Assembly (NCBI GenBank): GCA_038733315.1
Contig: JAVYPJ010000001.1
Span: forward strand, 171,469 to 235,468
Source: Candidatus Aenigmatarchaeota archaeon
GTDB lineage: Archaea; Aenigmatarchaeota; Aenigmatarchaeia; CG10238-14; SpSt-28
Direction: 5' to 3'
Length of the DNA stretch: 64,000 bases
In this document: piece by piece, positions 1 through 8,809 of the stretch
Position numbering within the stretch: the first letter of the stretch is position 1
How the letters are laid out: the number at the start of each line of letters is the position of its first letter
The notes under the pieces: generated by a model
Told to the model about the DNA's origin: nothing
The model's database searches: none
Seen by the model: the letters and a program-made list of their open reading frames with translations, nothing else
Position numbers and translations under genes: made by a program

Positions 1-3
1 ATA

Positions 4-624
4 ATGGCAATAATTTCTGGATCCATTTTTCTAATAGGTATAATATATGCTGCTGTTTTCTCTGATTATAAAGAGAGTGAAAGGATATTAGTAGATTTGT
101 CCATATCTATTAAAAACATCATAAGAGAAGGGAACTTTATCAAAAGATATGATGAAAAGCTATCTAAAAATATTAAGAAAATAATGAAAACTCTCTATAC
201 GCATATAATGGATTACTTAAACGGACAAAAAAACTATAACAAAATTATTGAAGATATTAACCAAATTAATGAAAAAATTAATGAGTCCGATATAGATAAA
301 ATACCAAACGCTTATATAACTAGATTAAAGAATGAATTATCAAACATTGAAAAATATATAGATAGAATTAAAATGATAGCAGAAACTGAATTTGTTCCAA
401 TAGTTTTATATCTTTCTTTATCTTTGATTACAATATCTACAATAACTATTGTTCTATCTGATTTAAAAAATATTTATGTTGAGATTTTTTTCGTTATAGC
501 ATATTCATCGATTTGTTATGGTATGGTTTTTGTGACTAGAGATATGGAAAATCCATTTAAAGGAGTTGTAAAAATTTCCCTAGAACATATAAAGGATTTG
601 AAAAATTTTATTGACTCTTCTTAA
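4..624 (+). CDS. hypothetical membrane protein (about 3 TM helices), possibly 5'-truncated by the window edge
   Basis: The ORF starts 3 nt from the window start. Hydrophobic helices at the N-terminus and around residues 130-170. No recognisable motifs. Confidence 0.35.
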   Translation: MAIISGSIFLIGIIYAAVFSDYKESERILVDLSISIKNIIREGNFIKRYDEKLSKNIKKIMKTLYTHIMDYLNGQKNYNKIIEDINQINEKINESDIDKIPNAYITRLKNELSNIEKYIDRIKMIAETEFVPIVLYLSLSLITISTITIVLSDLKNIYVEIFFVIAYSSICYGMVFVTRDMENPFKGVVKISLEHIKDLKNFIDSS

Positions 625-1639
625 ACATTTCCGTTTTTATCGTTTTTCTTATTTCCTCTATAAAATCACAAACCTCCTTTACATGACAGTATGGACAAAC
701 AACCTTTCTAAAATTTGGAAGATTACTCATTTGTGGAATTCTACCATAAGCTAAAACTTTCTTAACGCTTCTTAACAAATTTTGGACCATTCTTTTATCT
801 TCTTCGCCTATTCTAATTCTATACATTTTTCTATTATTCAAGCTTAATAAAATAACTTCATTTATTTCTCTTCTAAAGAAACTCTCCACTACAAAAACCT
901 CTCCAGCAAGTTGTATTTTCAATCCTTTTTTTATCTTTTTTACATTTGTTTTAATTTCGATGGGTAATATTTTTCCATCCTTAGTTATTACTATCATATC
1001 TGGAGTGCCCACCACACCATGTTTTATTGAAATTAAAAATGGTTCTGAAAATACATATCTCAAATTCAATTTTTTAAGTAAGTTATTTAAAGAAAATAAA
1101 ACCTTGGTTATTTCATCTTTGTTCATCTTTGTTTTACCTCTATATTCTTTCAGAACATCTTCACTTACAAGAGATATTAAAGTTTCTAAATTATCTATAT
1201 ACCTATTATAATTTTTTATAAAATTACATATAGATTTATGTAGAACTTCCCCTTCAAAACTTTTTTCTGATTTCTTTTGTTTAGAATGTGTAACCTTTTC
1301 TAGGAAAAATCTTCTTTGACATTGAAAAAATTTTGAAATTTCTAGAGGAGTTAAAAATACTTTTCTTGAAAGATTTTCAACTCTTTTTTTTAAATATTCT
1401 AGCAATTCGTTTATATATTCCTTAGAGAATTTTTCTGATTTATGAATTTCGTTGTTTATTGAAGATATTTTTTCGTCCTTAGACAATTTTTGTAGTAAAA
1501 GAAAGAGTATATCTGTTATATAAATTTCGTTATTCAAAAAATTTAAAATTATATCGTCTATTGTTTTTTTACCGACAAAATCGATTTGTTCTATAGATTT
1601 TAACAAAACCTCGTCACTTATATCTATTTTTAATTTCAT
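608..1639 (-). CDS. Cas4-like PD-(D/E)xK nuclease (DUF83/RecB-nuclease fold) with four-Cys Fe-S cluster ligands and an N-terminal extension
   Basis: N-terminal Cys in 'ISKFFQCQRRFFL' matches the Cas4 xxCPRKxYL motif. 'VVGTPDMIV' and 'LPIEIKT' give the D...E.K catalytic triad. C-terminal 'CPYCHVKEVC' is the CxxCx5C cluster. No CRISPR array or other cas genes are nearby. Confidence 0.6.
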   Translation of the reverse strand: MKLKIDISDEVLLKSIEQIDFVGKKTIDDIILNFLNNEIYITDILFLLLQKLSKDEKISSINNEIHKSEKFSKEYINELLEYLKKRVENLSRKVFLTPLEISKFFQCQRRFFLEKVTHSKQKKSEKSFEGEVLHKSICNFIKNYNRYIDNLETLISLVSEDVLKEYRGKTKMNKDEITKVLFSLNNLLKKLNLRYVFSEPFLISIKHGVVGTPDMIVITKDGKILPIEIKTNVKKIKKGLKIQLAGEVFVVESFFRREINEVILLSLNNRKMYRIRIGEEDKRMVQNLLRSVKKVLAYGRIPQMSNLPNFRKVVCPYCHVKEVCDFIEEIRKTIKTEMFKKSQ

Positions 1640-1790
1640 GTCTCAACCACTTATTTTTCTTTAATGATCTATTCATCATAAAATATTTTTCACATTTTGA
1701 AGAACAAAAAAAATAAATTTTTCCTGAAGACGTTACGTATAGTTTTCCAGTACCTTTTTTTAATTCAATGTTACAAAAACTACACTTCAT
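1614..1790 (-). CDS. rpl24e: 50S ribosomal protein L24e (58 aa; below the ORF-track cutoff, found by manual translation)
   Basis: Minus-strand translation is MKCSFCNIELKKGTGKLYVTSSGKIYFFCSSKCEKYFMMNRSLKKNKWLRHEIKNRYK. C3/C6 and C29/C33 zinc-ribbon with the 'GTGK.YV...G....FCSSKC' signature of L24e. Its ATG overlaps the S28e stop (ATGA). It completes the conserved L7Ae-S28e-L24e cluster. Its 3' end overlaps the Cas4-like gene start by 26 nt. Confidence 0.8.
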   Translation of the reverse strand: MKCSFCNIELKKGTGKLYVTSSGKIYFFCSSKCEKYFMMNRSLKKNKWLRHEIKNRYK

Positions 1791-1993
1791 CTTTCTTCTA
1801 TTTTCTCTTCAGATTCCATTTCAACTTCTTTCAATAATATAATGTCACCAATTCTTATTGGTCCACTAACATTTCTAACAATTATAGAACCCTTTTCTTT
1901 ACCTTCTAAAACCTTACATTTTACTTGAGTTACCCCTTTAGAGCTTGCTCTTCCAATAATTTCAATAACCTCCGCTGCATATACTTCAACCAT
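1787..1993 (-). CDS. rps28e: 30S ribosomal protein S28e
   Basis: 'GVTQVKCKVLEGKEKGSIIVRNVSGPIRIGDIILLKE' matches the S28e core (VTQVR..LEGRDKGR..TRNV.GPIR.GDIL.L.E). Confidence 0.85.
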   Translation of the reverse strand: MVEVYAAEVIEIIGRASSKGVTQVKCKVLEGKEKGSIIVRNVSGPIRIGDIILLKEVEMESEEKIEER

Positions 1994-2001
1994 TTAAATA
2001 A

Positions 2002-2379
2002 CTAAACGTTTTGAGTTGTATTAGATTTAATCCAAGAAATTATTTCATCTAATAGCTTCTTTCCTTCTCCAACATCAATTACACATACACTCGCCGCAGA
2101 AACTTGAATACCGCTTACTCTTCCGAGATCTTCCTTACTTTTAACATATATATATGGCGTTTTTTTCTCCTCACATAATAATGGTAAATGAGCTACAATT
2201 TCTTCTGGATCCACATTCATAGCAATCAGAACTAATTTTGCTTGACCCCTCTCTACTGATTTAGTCACTTCATTTGTCCCTTTCTTAATCTTTCCGGAAG
2301 TTCTTGCAATCTCTACTAATTTTAGTGCTTTTTCTTGAATTTCTTCCGGTACTTCGAATTTTACGTATTTTGGAGCCAT
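2002..2379 (-). CDS. rpl7ae: 50S ribosomal protein L7Ae (K-turn binding); start moved to the internal Met ([13 protein letters not shown])
   Basis: '[11 protein letters not shown]...ALKLV..A...[52 protein letters not shown]' is the canonical L7Ae/L30e fold sequence. Confidence 0.85.
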   Translation of the reverse strand: MAPKYVKFEVPEEIQEKALKLVEIARTSGKIKKGTNEVTKSVERGQAKLVLIAMNVDPEEIVAHLPLLCEEKKTPYIYVKSKEDLGRVSGIQVSAASVCVIDVGEGKKLLDEIISWIKSNTTQNV

Positions 2380-2416
2380 AGAAAATATAAAATACAAAAA
2401 ATATTTATATTAATTT

Positions 2417-2977
2417 CTATCTATTAGAATTAAAACAAGAGGATGTTGAGAGTATATTATCAATTATATTAGATAATGTTGTTTGATTCATTAAATTCCT
2501 ACATTTCCAACTATCGCTATTCAATCTTTGAACAATTCCATTGGCATTTTCGCTAACAGAGCCATTAATAATACTGTATTCATAGAAACCGTTCTTACTT
2601 CTAACTCTAAATATTGAGTTATCTAAGCTGTCTATTTTTTCACAAGACACTTCACTTGTTTCTATATAACTTCTTGTTGTACTTTCCTTAGTTTCGAATA
2701 AGTATGTTATGTTAGGTAGCTTGTATAAAATCTTTACATAATTTGAGGATACAATTAACTCTATTTCAGACCCTGGATTCAATATCTTTTCAACACAATG
2801 AGTAGAATTTAATATTTTAAAATAGTTGCCTGGCTCTGTATAACTAGAATTTGTAAAAGTAGGTAATAGTTGCGAATTTAAGAAGTTTCCAAAATTATCC
2901 CTGGCAGAAAAATAAATACTAGAGAATGTTAAACCCCCAAAGATTAAATAAAAGATTATGTCCTTTAATGATAGCAT
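2417..2977 (-). CDS. hypothetical secreted or membrane-anchored protein (N-terminal TM/signal, many N-x-S/T sequons)
   Basis: N-terminal hydrophobic segment IIFYLIFGGLTFSSIYF. Multiple NxS/T sequons. No catalytic motifs. Confidence 0.35.
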   Translation of the reverse strand: MLSLKDIIFYLIFGGLTFSSIYFSARDNFGNFLNSQLLPTFTNSSYTEPGNYFKILNSTHCVEKILNPGSEIELIVSSNYVKILYKLPNITYLFETKESTTRSYIETSEVSCEKIDSLDNSIFRVRSKNGFYEYSIINGSVSENANGIVQRLNSDSWKCRNLMNQTTLSNIIDNILSTSSCFNSNR

Positions 2978-3036
2978 ACTTTATGATTCATATAATTTAT
3001 GAATATTTATAAATTTCTACAAAAAACTATACATTT

Positions 3037-3252
3037 ATGAAAAAAATTTTTAGTGATAATTATTTTAAAAGAGTTGCAAAAGAATTAAAAATAGAAAGAA
3101 TTTCGAAAGAAGCTGTAGAGACTATTAGAGAAATTTTACAAGAAGAAGTTTCCGAAATATTAAGAGTTTCTAACGAAATTGCAAAACATTCTAAAAGAAA
3201 TACTATATTCAAAGATGATATAAAAATCGCTATTAAAAAACTTAATTTCTGA
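3037..3252 (+). CDS. archaeal histone (HMf-like histone fold)
   Basis: 71 aa. 'RISKEAVETIREILQEEVSEILRVSNEIAKHSKRNTIFKDDIKIA' aligns with HMfB '[45 protein letters not shown]'. Confidence 0.7.
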   Translation: MKKIFSDNYFKRVAKELKIERISKEAVETIREILQEEVSEILRVSNEIAKHSKRNTIFKDDIKIAIKKLNF

Positions 3253-3258
3253 TATTTT

Positions 3259-4308
3259 ATGAAAATTTTATTAGTATCGCCAGAATTTTTAATAAAAGAA
3301 ACTAAGGGTTTAGCGAGATATGGCTATGAAATATATTCGAGAATTAATAAAATTTACGATGTAGAGGTTGTATTTAGAAAAAAATTTCATATGGGTTTTT
3401 TAGGGTTTGTTTTTTCCCTTTTATATTCAAATATTTTAGTTTTAATAAAAGGAAGGAAATTTAATGTAATACATGCACTATCTCCTGAATTGGCTATATT
3501 AGCAGCAATATTTTATAGAAAGAAGCTTGTTGTTACTTTCCATGACCTCTTTCCTATAATATATTGGAAAAAATTAAGATATAAGATTGGTATTTTAACG
3601 TCTTTTCTTTCATTTATAGTTTGGAAAATTGCGTCAAGAGCTAAAATAATAGTAGCTGTTTCTTCATTAACCAAGCAGCAAATCGAAAAAAAACTGAAAA
3701 GAACGAATGTAAGAATAATATTAGAGGGTATAGATGAAAAAATAAAGCAGAAAAAACCTAAAAATAAATATTTGACACTATGTTTTGTAGGAGGGTATTC
3801 CTATAGAAAAAGAGTTGATATAGCAATAAAATTATTTGAAATTATTAGAAAAAAAGAAAAGGATTGCAAACTAATAATCGTTGGTGGAAGAAAAAAATCT
3901 ATATATGAATCAAACTTTTCTGTACCGAAGGATTTAAATAAAGATATAATTTTTTTAGAGAAAGCAAGCGATGAAAAATTAATAGATGTTTATAGTGAAT
4001 CTCACTTTATAATAATATCTTCTGTAGTAGAAGGTTTTTGCTTACCTATTATAGAAGCTTTAAAGTGTAACACTATACCTATTACCTTTGAATTTTCTGA
4101 AATACCGAAAGAAACTAAAGAATTATGTATAGTATGTAAAGATGTTAGAGATGCTTGTGAAAAAATCATAGACTTTTGGAAAAATAATTATAAAATGTGG
4201 CAATTTTTAAAGAAAGTTAATAAAAAAATTAAAAAATTTGATTGGAATAAAACCGTTAAAGAGTATATTAAGTTATATAAAGAAATTGCCAATTATGGGG
4301 AAAGTTGA
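3259..4308 (+). CDS. glycosyltransferase, GT4 (group 1) family
   Basis: C-terminal 'ISSVVEGFCLPIIEALKCNTIPI' resembles the GT4 E-x7-E motif (EGFGLPVLEAMA). Size and architecture fit a GT-B glycosyltransferase. Confidence 0.65.
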   Translation: MKILLVSPEFLIKETKGLARYGYEIYSRINKIYDVEVVFRKKFHMGFLGFVFSLLYSNILVLIKGRKFNVIHALSPELAILAAIFYRKKLVVTFHDLFPIIYWKKLRYKIGILTSFLSFIVWKIASRAKIIVAVSSLTKQQIEKKLKRTNVRIILEGIDEKIKQKKPKNKYLTLCFVGGYSYRKRVDIAIKLFEIIRKKEKDCKLIIVGGRKKSIYESNFSVPKDLNKDIIFLEKASDEKLIDVYSESHFIIISSVVEGFCLPIIEALKCNTIPITFEFSEIPKETKELCIVCKDVRDACEKIIDFWKNNYKMWQFLKKVNKKIKKFDWNKTVKEYIKLYKEIANYGES

Positions 4309-5296
4309 AGATATTATAAGAGTTATAAAGGAAAAATTTAAAGTTAGTGAAGAAAAAGTAAAAGAAGAAATTAAACAAAAACTTTATGAATTTAGCGGAT
4401 TAATTAGTGAAGAGGGTGCAGCAATTTTGGTTGCAAGAGAATATGGAATAGATATAAAAGAGTTAAAATTCTTTACACCATTAAACGAATTGATTGGTGG
4501 GATGAAAAATGTAAATGTTAGAGTAAAAGTTATTAAAATTTTTCCATTGAAAGAATTTGATAGAAGAGACGGTACAAAAGGTGTCATAAAGATTTTATTG
4601 GTTAGCGACGGTACAGATTTTGCTAGATTAGTTTTTTGGGATGAATTTGCAAAAGAAGCTGAAGAAATGAAAATAAAAATTGGAGATGTGTTAAAAGTTT
4701 ATAACATTAAAACAAGTGAAAATATTTTTGGTGAAATAGATATAGTTATAGATAAAAACAGTAATATAGAATTTGATAGCCAAGATAATTTACCGAGCTT
4801 AGATGAATTGAATGAAAAATTTGTAAAAAATAAGTATAAAAGATTAGATGGAAATTTAGATTCAATAGGTTTTTTTGAAGTGATTGGAATTATTACATAT
4901 TTATTTGGTAATAACTTTTTCTTTAAAGTATGTCCAATATGTAATAGCAAGGTTGGAAAGAAAGATGAAAAATATTTTTGTGATATACATGGTGAAATTG
5001 AACCAAAAAATGCGCTTTTCTTAAGATTTGAATTAAACAATTTTTCTGGAAATTTAAGAGTTGTTTCGTTTAAGGAAACTGCAGAAAAACTTATTGAAAT
5101 AGATAAAAGAGATTTAGAAAAAATTGAAAACTTAAAGGAATTTTTATCAAAAATGTTAATAGGTAAAATGATTAAAGTAAGGGGAAGAGCTAGAAAGAAT
5201 AAAATATTAAATATAATAGAATTGATTGCTAACGAAATAGATGTTGTTGATTTAAAAGATGAAACTATGTTATTAATTAAAAACTTTGAAAGTTAA
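4295..5296 (+). CDS. rpa: replication protein A-like ssDNA-binding protein (OB fold plus C-terminal zinc ribbon); start moved to [10 protein letters not shown]
   Basis: N-terminus '[27 protein letters not shown]' is like the archaeal RPA N-terminal helix. OB-fold region. '[22 protein letters not shown]' zinc ribbon. Lies immediately upstream of radA (3-nt gap). Confidence 0.55.
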   Translation: MGKVEDIIRVIKEKFKVSEEKVKEEIKQKLYEFSGLISEEGAAILVAREYGIDIKELKFFTPLNELIGGMKNVNVRVKVIKIFPLKEFDRRDGTKGVIKILLVSDGTDFARLVFWDEFAKEAEEMKIKIGDVLKVYNIKTSENIFGEIDIVIDKNSNIEFDSQDNLPSLDELNEKFVKNKYKRLDGNLDSIGFFEVIGIITYLFGNNFFFKVCPICNSKVGKKDEKYFCDIHGEIEPKNALFLRFELNNFSGNLRVVSFKETAEKLIEIDKRDLEKIENLKEFLSKMLIGKMIKVRGRARKNKILNIIELIANEIDVVDLKDETMLLIKNFES

Positions 5297-5298
5297 TT

Positions 5299-6255
5299 AT
5301 GGAAGAAGAAAAAATTTCTCTAAAAGATATTAAAGGAATTGGTCCTAAAACTCTCAAGAAATTAGAAGAGTTAAAAATAAATGATCCTATGATAATTGCT
5401 ACAAGTAATCCAAAAGAATTATCTATGATATTAGAAATAAGTGAAGAAAAAGCGTTAGAAATTATAAATAATGTGAGAGAAGCCTTGGGTTTTAAAGTTG
5501 AAACTGCTGATAAGGTTTTAGAGAGAAGGATGAAAATGAAAAAAATAACTACATCTTCTAAAAAATTAGATGAACTCTTAGGTGGCGGAATTCCAACGCA
5601 AGCTATAACAGAAGCTTTCGGTATGTATGGTAGTGGTAAGACTCAATTAGCTTTCCAGTTAGCTATTAATGTACAATTACCTGAAAGTGATGGTGGGTTA
5701 GAAAAAACCTGTTTGTTTATAGATAGTGAGGGTACTTTTAGTCCGGAAAGAATTCTCGAAATAGCAAAAAACAGAGGATTAGATGCTGAAAAAGTATTAA
5801 AAAATATTTATGTTGCAAGAGCTTATAGCAGCGATCATCAAGTTTTATTAATAGAAAAATCTGTTGATTTAATCAAAGAAAAAAACATTGGACTTATTGT
5901 AATTGATTCTATAACATCTCATTTTAGAGTTGATTATATGGGTAGAGGGGAATTAGCTGAGAGACAACAAAAATTAAATAAACACTTACACCAACTACAA
6001 AGATTAGCAGATGCATTCAATTTAGCAGTATATATAACTAATCAGGTAATGGCAAGGCCAGATATAATTTTTGGTGATCCAACTCAACCTGTTGGTGGCC
6101 ATGTTTTAGCACACATTTCTTTTTATCGACTATATCTTAGAAAATCTAAGCAAAACCTAAGAATTGCCAGATTAGTAGATGCTCCTAATTTACCTGAAAG
6201 AGAAGTTGTATTCCAAATAACAGAAAGAGGTTTGGAAGATTATGAAGAAAAATGA
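5299..6255 (+). CDS. radA: DNA repair and recombination protein RadA
   Basis: N-terminal HhH domain ([17 protein letters not shown]). Walker A '[22 protein letters not shown]'. Walker B '[12 protein letters not shown]'. RecA/Rad51-family core. Confidence 0.9.
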   Translation: MEEEKISLKDIKGIGPKTLKKLEELKINDPMIIATSNPKELSMILEISEEKALEIINNVREALGFKVETADKVLERRMKMKKITTSSKKLDELLGGGIPTQAITEAFGMYGSGKTQLAFQLAINVQLPESDGGLEKTCLFIDSEGTFSPERILEIAKNRGLDAEKVLKNIYVARAYSSDHQVLLIEKSVDLIKEKNIGLIVIDSITSHFRVDYMGRGELAERQQKLNKHLHQLQRLADAFNLAVYITNQVMARPDIIFGDPTQPVGGHVLAHISFYRLYLRKSKQNLRIARLVDAPNLPEREVVFQITERGLEDYEEK

Positions 6256-6860
6256 TTATATATAGGGGAGCGGAAGCAGTTATTAGGAAAATTAATGAAA
6301 ATGAAATAATAAAAGAGAGAATAGAAAAAAAGTATAGAATAAAAGAACTTGATATTAAAATAAGAAAAGAAAGAAATAAAAGAGAAGCTAAAATATTAAT
6401 AGAATGTAAAAGAATTGGTATAAATGTTCCTAGAGTTTTAGAAATAAATGACTTTTCTATGAAAATGGAATACATCAATGGAAAAAGATTAAAAGATGTT
6501 ATAAACAACAAAAATTATAAAGAATTTGCTACTGAAATAGGGAAAATTGTTTCAATACTACATTCGAATAATATAGTTCATAATGATTTAACTCTATCAA
6601 ATCTCCTACTCTATGATAATAAAATTTATCTAATCGATTTTGGTTTGTCATATAACACAAATAAGATAGAAAAAAAAGCTGAAGATATTTTAACTCTTTA
6701 TTATTCAGCAAAATTCATAATAGGAGAAAAATTTGAAGAATTTTTTAAAATGTTTGTTGATGTCTATACTAAAAACTATTCTGAAGGTGGTAAAGTTATA
6801 GAAAGGATGAAAAAAATACTATCAAGAGGTAGGTATTCTTTGAAAAACAATGGCAACTAA
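6252..6860 (+). CDS. bud32: Bud32/PRPK-like small kinase (KEOPS subunit)
   Basis: About 200 aa. 'IYRGAEAVI' glycine-loop variant. '[25 protein letters not shown]' and '[13 protein letters not shown]' catalytic loop typical of Bud32. Too short for a RIO kinase. Confidence 0.7.
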   Translation: MIIYRGAEAVIRKINENEIIKERIEKKYRIKELDIKIRKERNKREAKILIECKRIGINVPRVLEINDFSMKMEYINGKRLKDVINNKNYKEFATEIGKIVSILHSNNIVHNDLTLSNLLLYDNKIYLIDFGLSYNTNKIEKKAEDILTLYYSAKFIIGEKFEEFFKMFVDVYTKNYSEGGKVIERMKKILSRGRYSLKNNGN

Positions 6861-7122
6861 AAAAGATTTATTAAATTTTTTATTCAAAGAAAAACCTTTA
6901 AAAGTTCTTTTAGTACTATCAGATGGTCTTCCTAAAAATATAACACAAATCTACAAAAAAGTTAGAACAACATACTCACATACACTAAACATATTAAGTG
7001 TTATGTATGATTTGAACATAATAGAGTTTGAAAAAAGAGGTAGAGATAAAGTTGTGAGATTAACAAAAAAAGGTGAAAAGATTGTTGAAGCATTAAAATC
7101 CATATTATCAGATTTTCTATGA
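6850..7122 (+). CDS. small winged-helix (ArsR/MarR-like) DNA-binding protein
   Basis: 90 aa with an HTH-like core (ITQIYKKVRTTYSHTLNILSVMYDLNIIEFEKRGR) followed by a wing (KVVRLTKKG). Confidence 0.4.
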   Translation: MATKKDLLNFLFKEKPLKVLLVLSDGLPKNITQIYKKVRTTYSHTLNILSVMYDLNIIEFEKRGRDKVVRLTKKGEKIVEALKSILSDFL

Positions 7123-7222
7123 ATTTTTAGATATTTTTTATGAATATTCTTACATTTTTTATGAATATTCGCAAAATTTTTATGAATTTTCAGAATTTTT
7201 TTATGAAAAATCAGAGAATTTT
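7118..7222. repeat. five phased 21-bp direct tandem repeats (TATGAAT[A/T]TTC..A.A.TTTTT) in the 378-bp intergenic region upstream of the wHTH/DP1-like/polB operon
   Basis: 'TATGAA' cores begin at 7118, 7139, 7160, 7181 and 7202, an exact 21-bp spacing (two helical turns). An inverted copy of the core (TTCATAAAAAAT) lies at 7481-7492, just upstream of the 7500 ATG. Confidence 0.8.
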
Positions 7223-7267
7223 TGAAAAGTTTCGGAAGTTATTTTGTATAAATGTTTTATAAAATCG

Positions 7268-7304
7268 TAACTTTCTTATTTAAAACATTGAGATAAGAAA
7301 GTTA
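7268..7304. promoter_or_regulatory. 12-bp perfect inverted repeat (TAACTTTCTTAT / ATAAGAAAGTTA) with a 13-nt loop
   Basis: Read directly at 7268-7279 and 7293-7304. Lies in the same intergenic region, immediately after the 21-bp repeat array. Confidence 0.6.
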
Positions 7305-7499
7305 GAGTTTGTGTTTTATTGTTATGTGTCTATTTCATAAACATATAGTAACAACTCTTTTATAACATTGTTATAATAAAAATTAATAAAAATGTTTTTA
7401 TTATTAATGTGTTTATATAAAGAGTGTAAAAAATAATAAATATTACTCTTCATATAATTAAACGAACTTAAATAAGAATCTTCATAAAAAATATAATTT

Positions 7500-7772
7500 A
7501 TGAAAAGAGGAAGACCATCTAAAAGGTTTGAAATATATGAATTGATTAATGAGTATTTTAAAGAGAATCCTTATCCATCGAATGTTAATAAAATAGCTGA
7601 ATTTATATTTCAGAAAAGTAATAAAAAAATCAGTTGGAATACATTAAAAAAATATTTGGAAGAATTAGTAAAGATAGATAGAATTAAAAGAATAATACCA
7701 CCTCATTCGAAAGATAGTTCCAAAACCGGTATAACCCTATATTATTTAGAAGTAAAAAAAGAAAATGAATAG
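7500..7772 (+). CDS. small DNA-binding protein with an N-terminal AT-hook-like KRGRPSKR and a winged-helix-like core
   Basis: 'MKRGRPSKRF' contains the GRP AT-hook core. The rest is consistent with a wHTH fold. Overlaps the next gene by 8 nt (operonic with the DP1-like gene and polB). Confidence 0.4.
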   Translation: MKRGRPSKRFEIYELINEYFKENPYPSNVNKIAEFIFQKSNKKISWNTLKKYLEELVKIDRIKRIIPPHSKDSSKTGITLYYLEVKKENE

Positions 7773-8742
7773 ATCCTTAGAATTGATTAAAAAGGGATAT
7801 TTAATTCAAGATAAAAATCTTTCAGATTTGTTATCAAAAATTAGTGACGAAGATTTTAAAAAAATATTAGATGTTTTACCAAAAACAACAGAACCAAAAG
7901 TTTTGAAAAAAGAAGATATTTTAAGATTGATGGGTAAGAATTATAACATAAAAATACTAACTCCAAAAGGTAAAGAAAAAATAACAATTACCGATGTTAT
8001 TAACATAATGAAATCGAGATTCGACTTTTTTTTACCTATTTTAAAGAAAAAATTATCTTTCTTTAATTTATTATCAATTAATAAGATTTCAAAAAAATAT
8101 AGAGTTTTTTCGATAATAGGAATTGTTTATAAAATTTACGATAATAAAATAACGTTAGAAGATATGACAGGAAAAGTAGAAGTTGTTGTTGAGGATAAAA
8201 ATCTACTAAAATACATCGAAGAAGACTGTGTAATTGGAGCTAAATGTTATTGGAATAATAATGTAATAATAGCTAATGAAATTATTTTCCCAGAATATGA
8301 GAATAACCAAGAAAAGGAGATAAACTTAGAGAAAATAAATATATTTTTCGAAAGTAGTAATTTTAAACTCGATGAAATTTTTGACATATCTATAGTTTTT
8401 TGTAATGAAGAGAATAAAATTTTAAATAATGTAGTCTATTTAAATAATAGAACTCCAATACATAGAATTCTTGTTAATGAATGTCTAATTCTTTTTATAA
8501 ACGAAAATTTTATAAAATTTGATTTTGAAAAGTTTTATAAACTCAGATTAATAAAGTCTAGTATTAATCAAACAATAAAATTTGGAGCGGATTTATTTCT
8601 AATCCAAGAAAAACCTAACATTATATTTTTATATAACTCTAACTTAAATAAGATAGAAGAAAGAAATAAAATCGTTTTAATTAATATAAAGAACAACCAA
8701 TCAAAAATTTGTATTGATTTAAAAAATAGAGAGTTTTGTTGA
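7765..8742 (+). CDS. OB-fold protein resembling a truncated or inactivated PolD small subunit (DP1-like); candidate polymerase accessory subunit
   Basis: N-terminus 'LELIKKGYLIQDKNLSDLL' resembles the DP1 N-terminal domain (LxKGYLIxPEA). A central OB-fold signature 'ITLEDMTGKVEVVVED' follows. The downstream region has no calcineurin-like phosphoesterase motifs (no GDxHG, GNHD or GHxH). Lies immediately upstream of polB. Confidence 0.35.
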   Translation: MNRSLELIKKGYLIQDKNLSDLLSKISDEDFKKILDVLPKTTEPKVLKKEDILRLMGKNYNIKILTPKGKEKITITDVINIMKSRFDFFLPILKKKLSFFNLLSINKISKKYRVFSIIGIVYKIYDNKITLEDMTGKVEVVVEDKNLLKYIEEDCVIGAKCYWNNNVIIANEIIFPEYENNQEKEINLEKINIFFESSNFKLDEIFDISIVFCNEENKILNNVVYLNNRTPIHRILVNECLILFINENFIKFDFEKFYKLRLIKSSINQTIKFGADLFLIQEKPNIIFLYNSNLNKIEERNKIVLINIKNNQSKICIDLKNREFC

Positions 8743-8809
8743 GTGTACCTATATTTATATCCTCATTTATAGAAAAACATATAACTATACTAAAATTAAA
8801 ATAAAATTC

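Noticed and set aside
960-1211. 83-aa plus-strand ORF inside the Cas4-like gene, and similar antisense ORFs (4384-4587, 4699-5040, 6185-6511, 6529-6711, 9238-9462, 14402-14839, 19072-19329, 19639-19842, 22620-22811, 23749-24108, 25264-25467, 27480-27920, 29065-29337, 32721-32939, 33816-34076, 36400-37118, 38516-38779, 39207-39404, 42510-43067, 43826-44143, 45007-45213, 49771-50028, 56541-56729, 59891-60109, 60996-61283, 62867-63058)
   Set aside because: All lie inside and antisense to, or out of frame with, well-supported genes. Their low-complexity translations are typical of chance ORFs in AT-rich DNA.
7118-7222. Possible CRISPR array (regularly spaced repeats)
   Set aside because: The period is only 21 bp, with no unique spacers between units, only five degenerate AT-rich copies, and no cas genes adjacent. 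It behaves as an iteron or operator-like tandem repeat.
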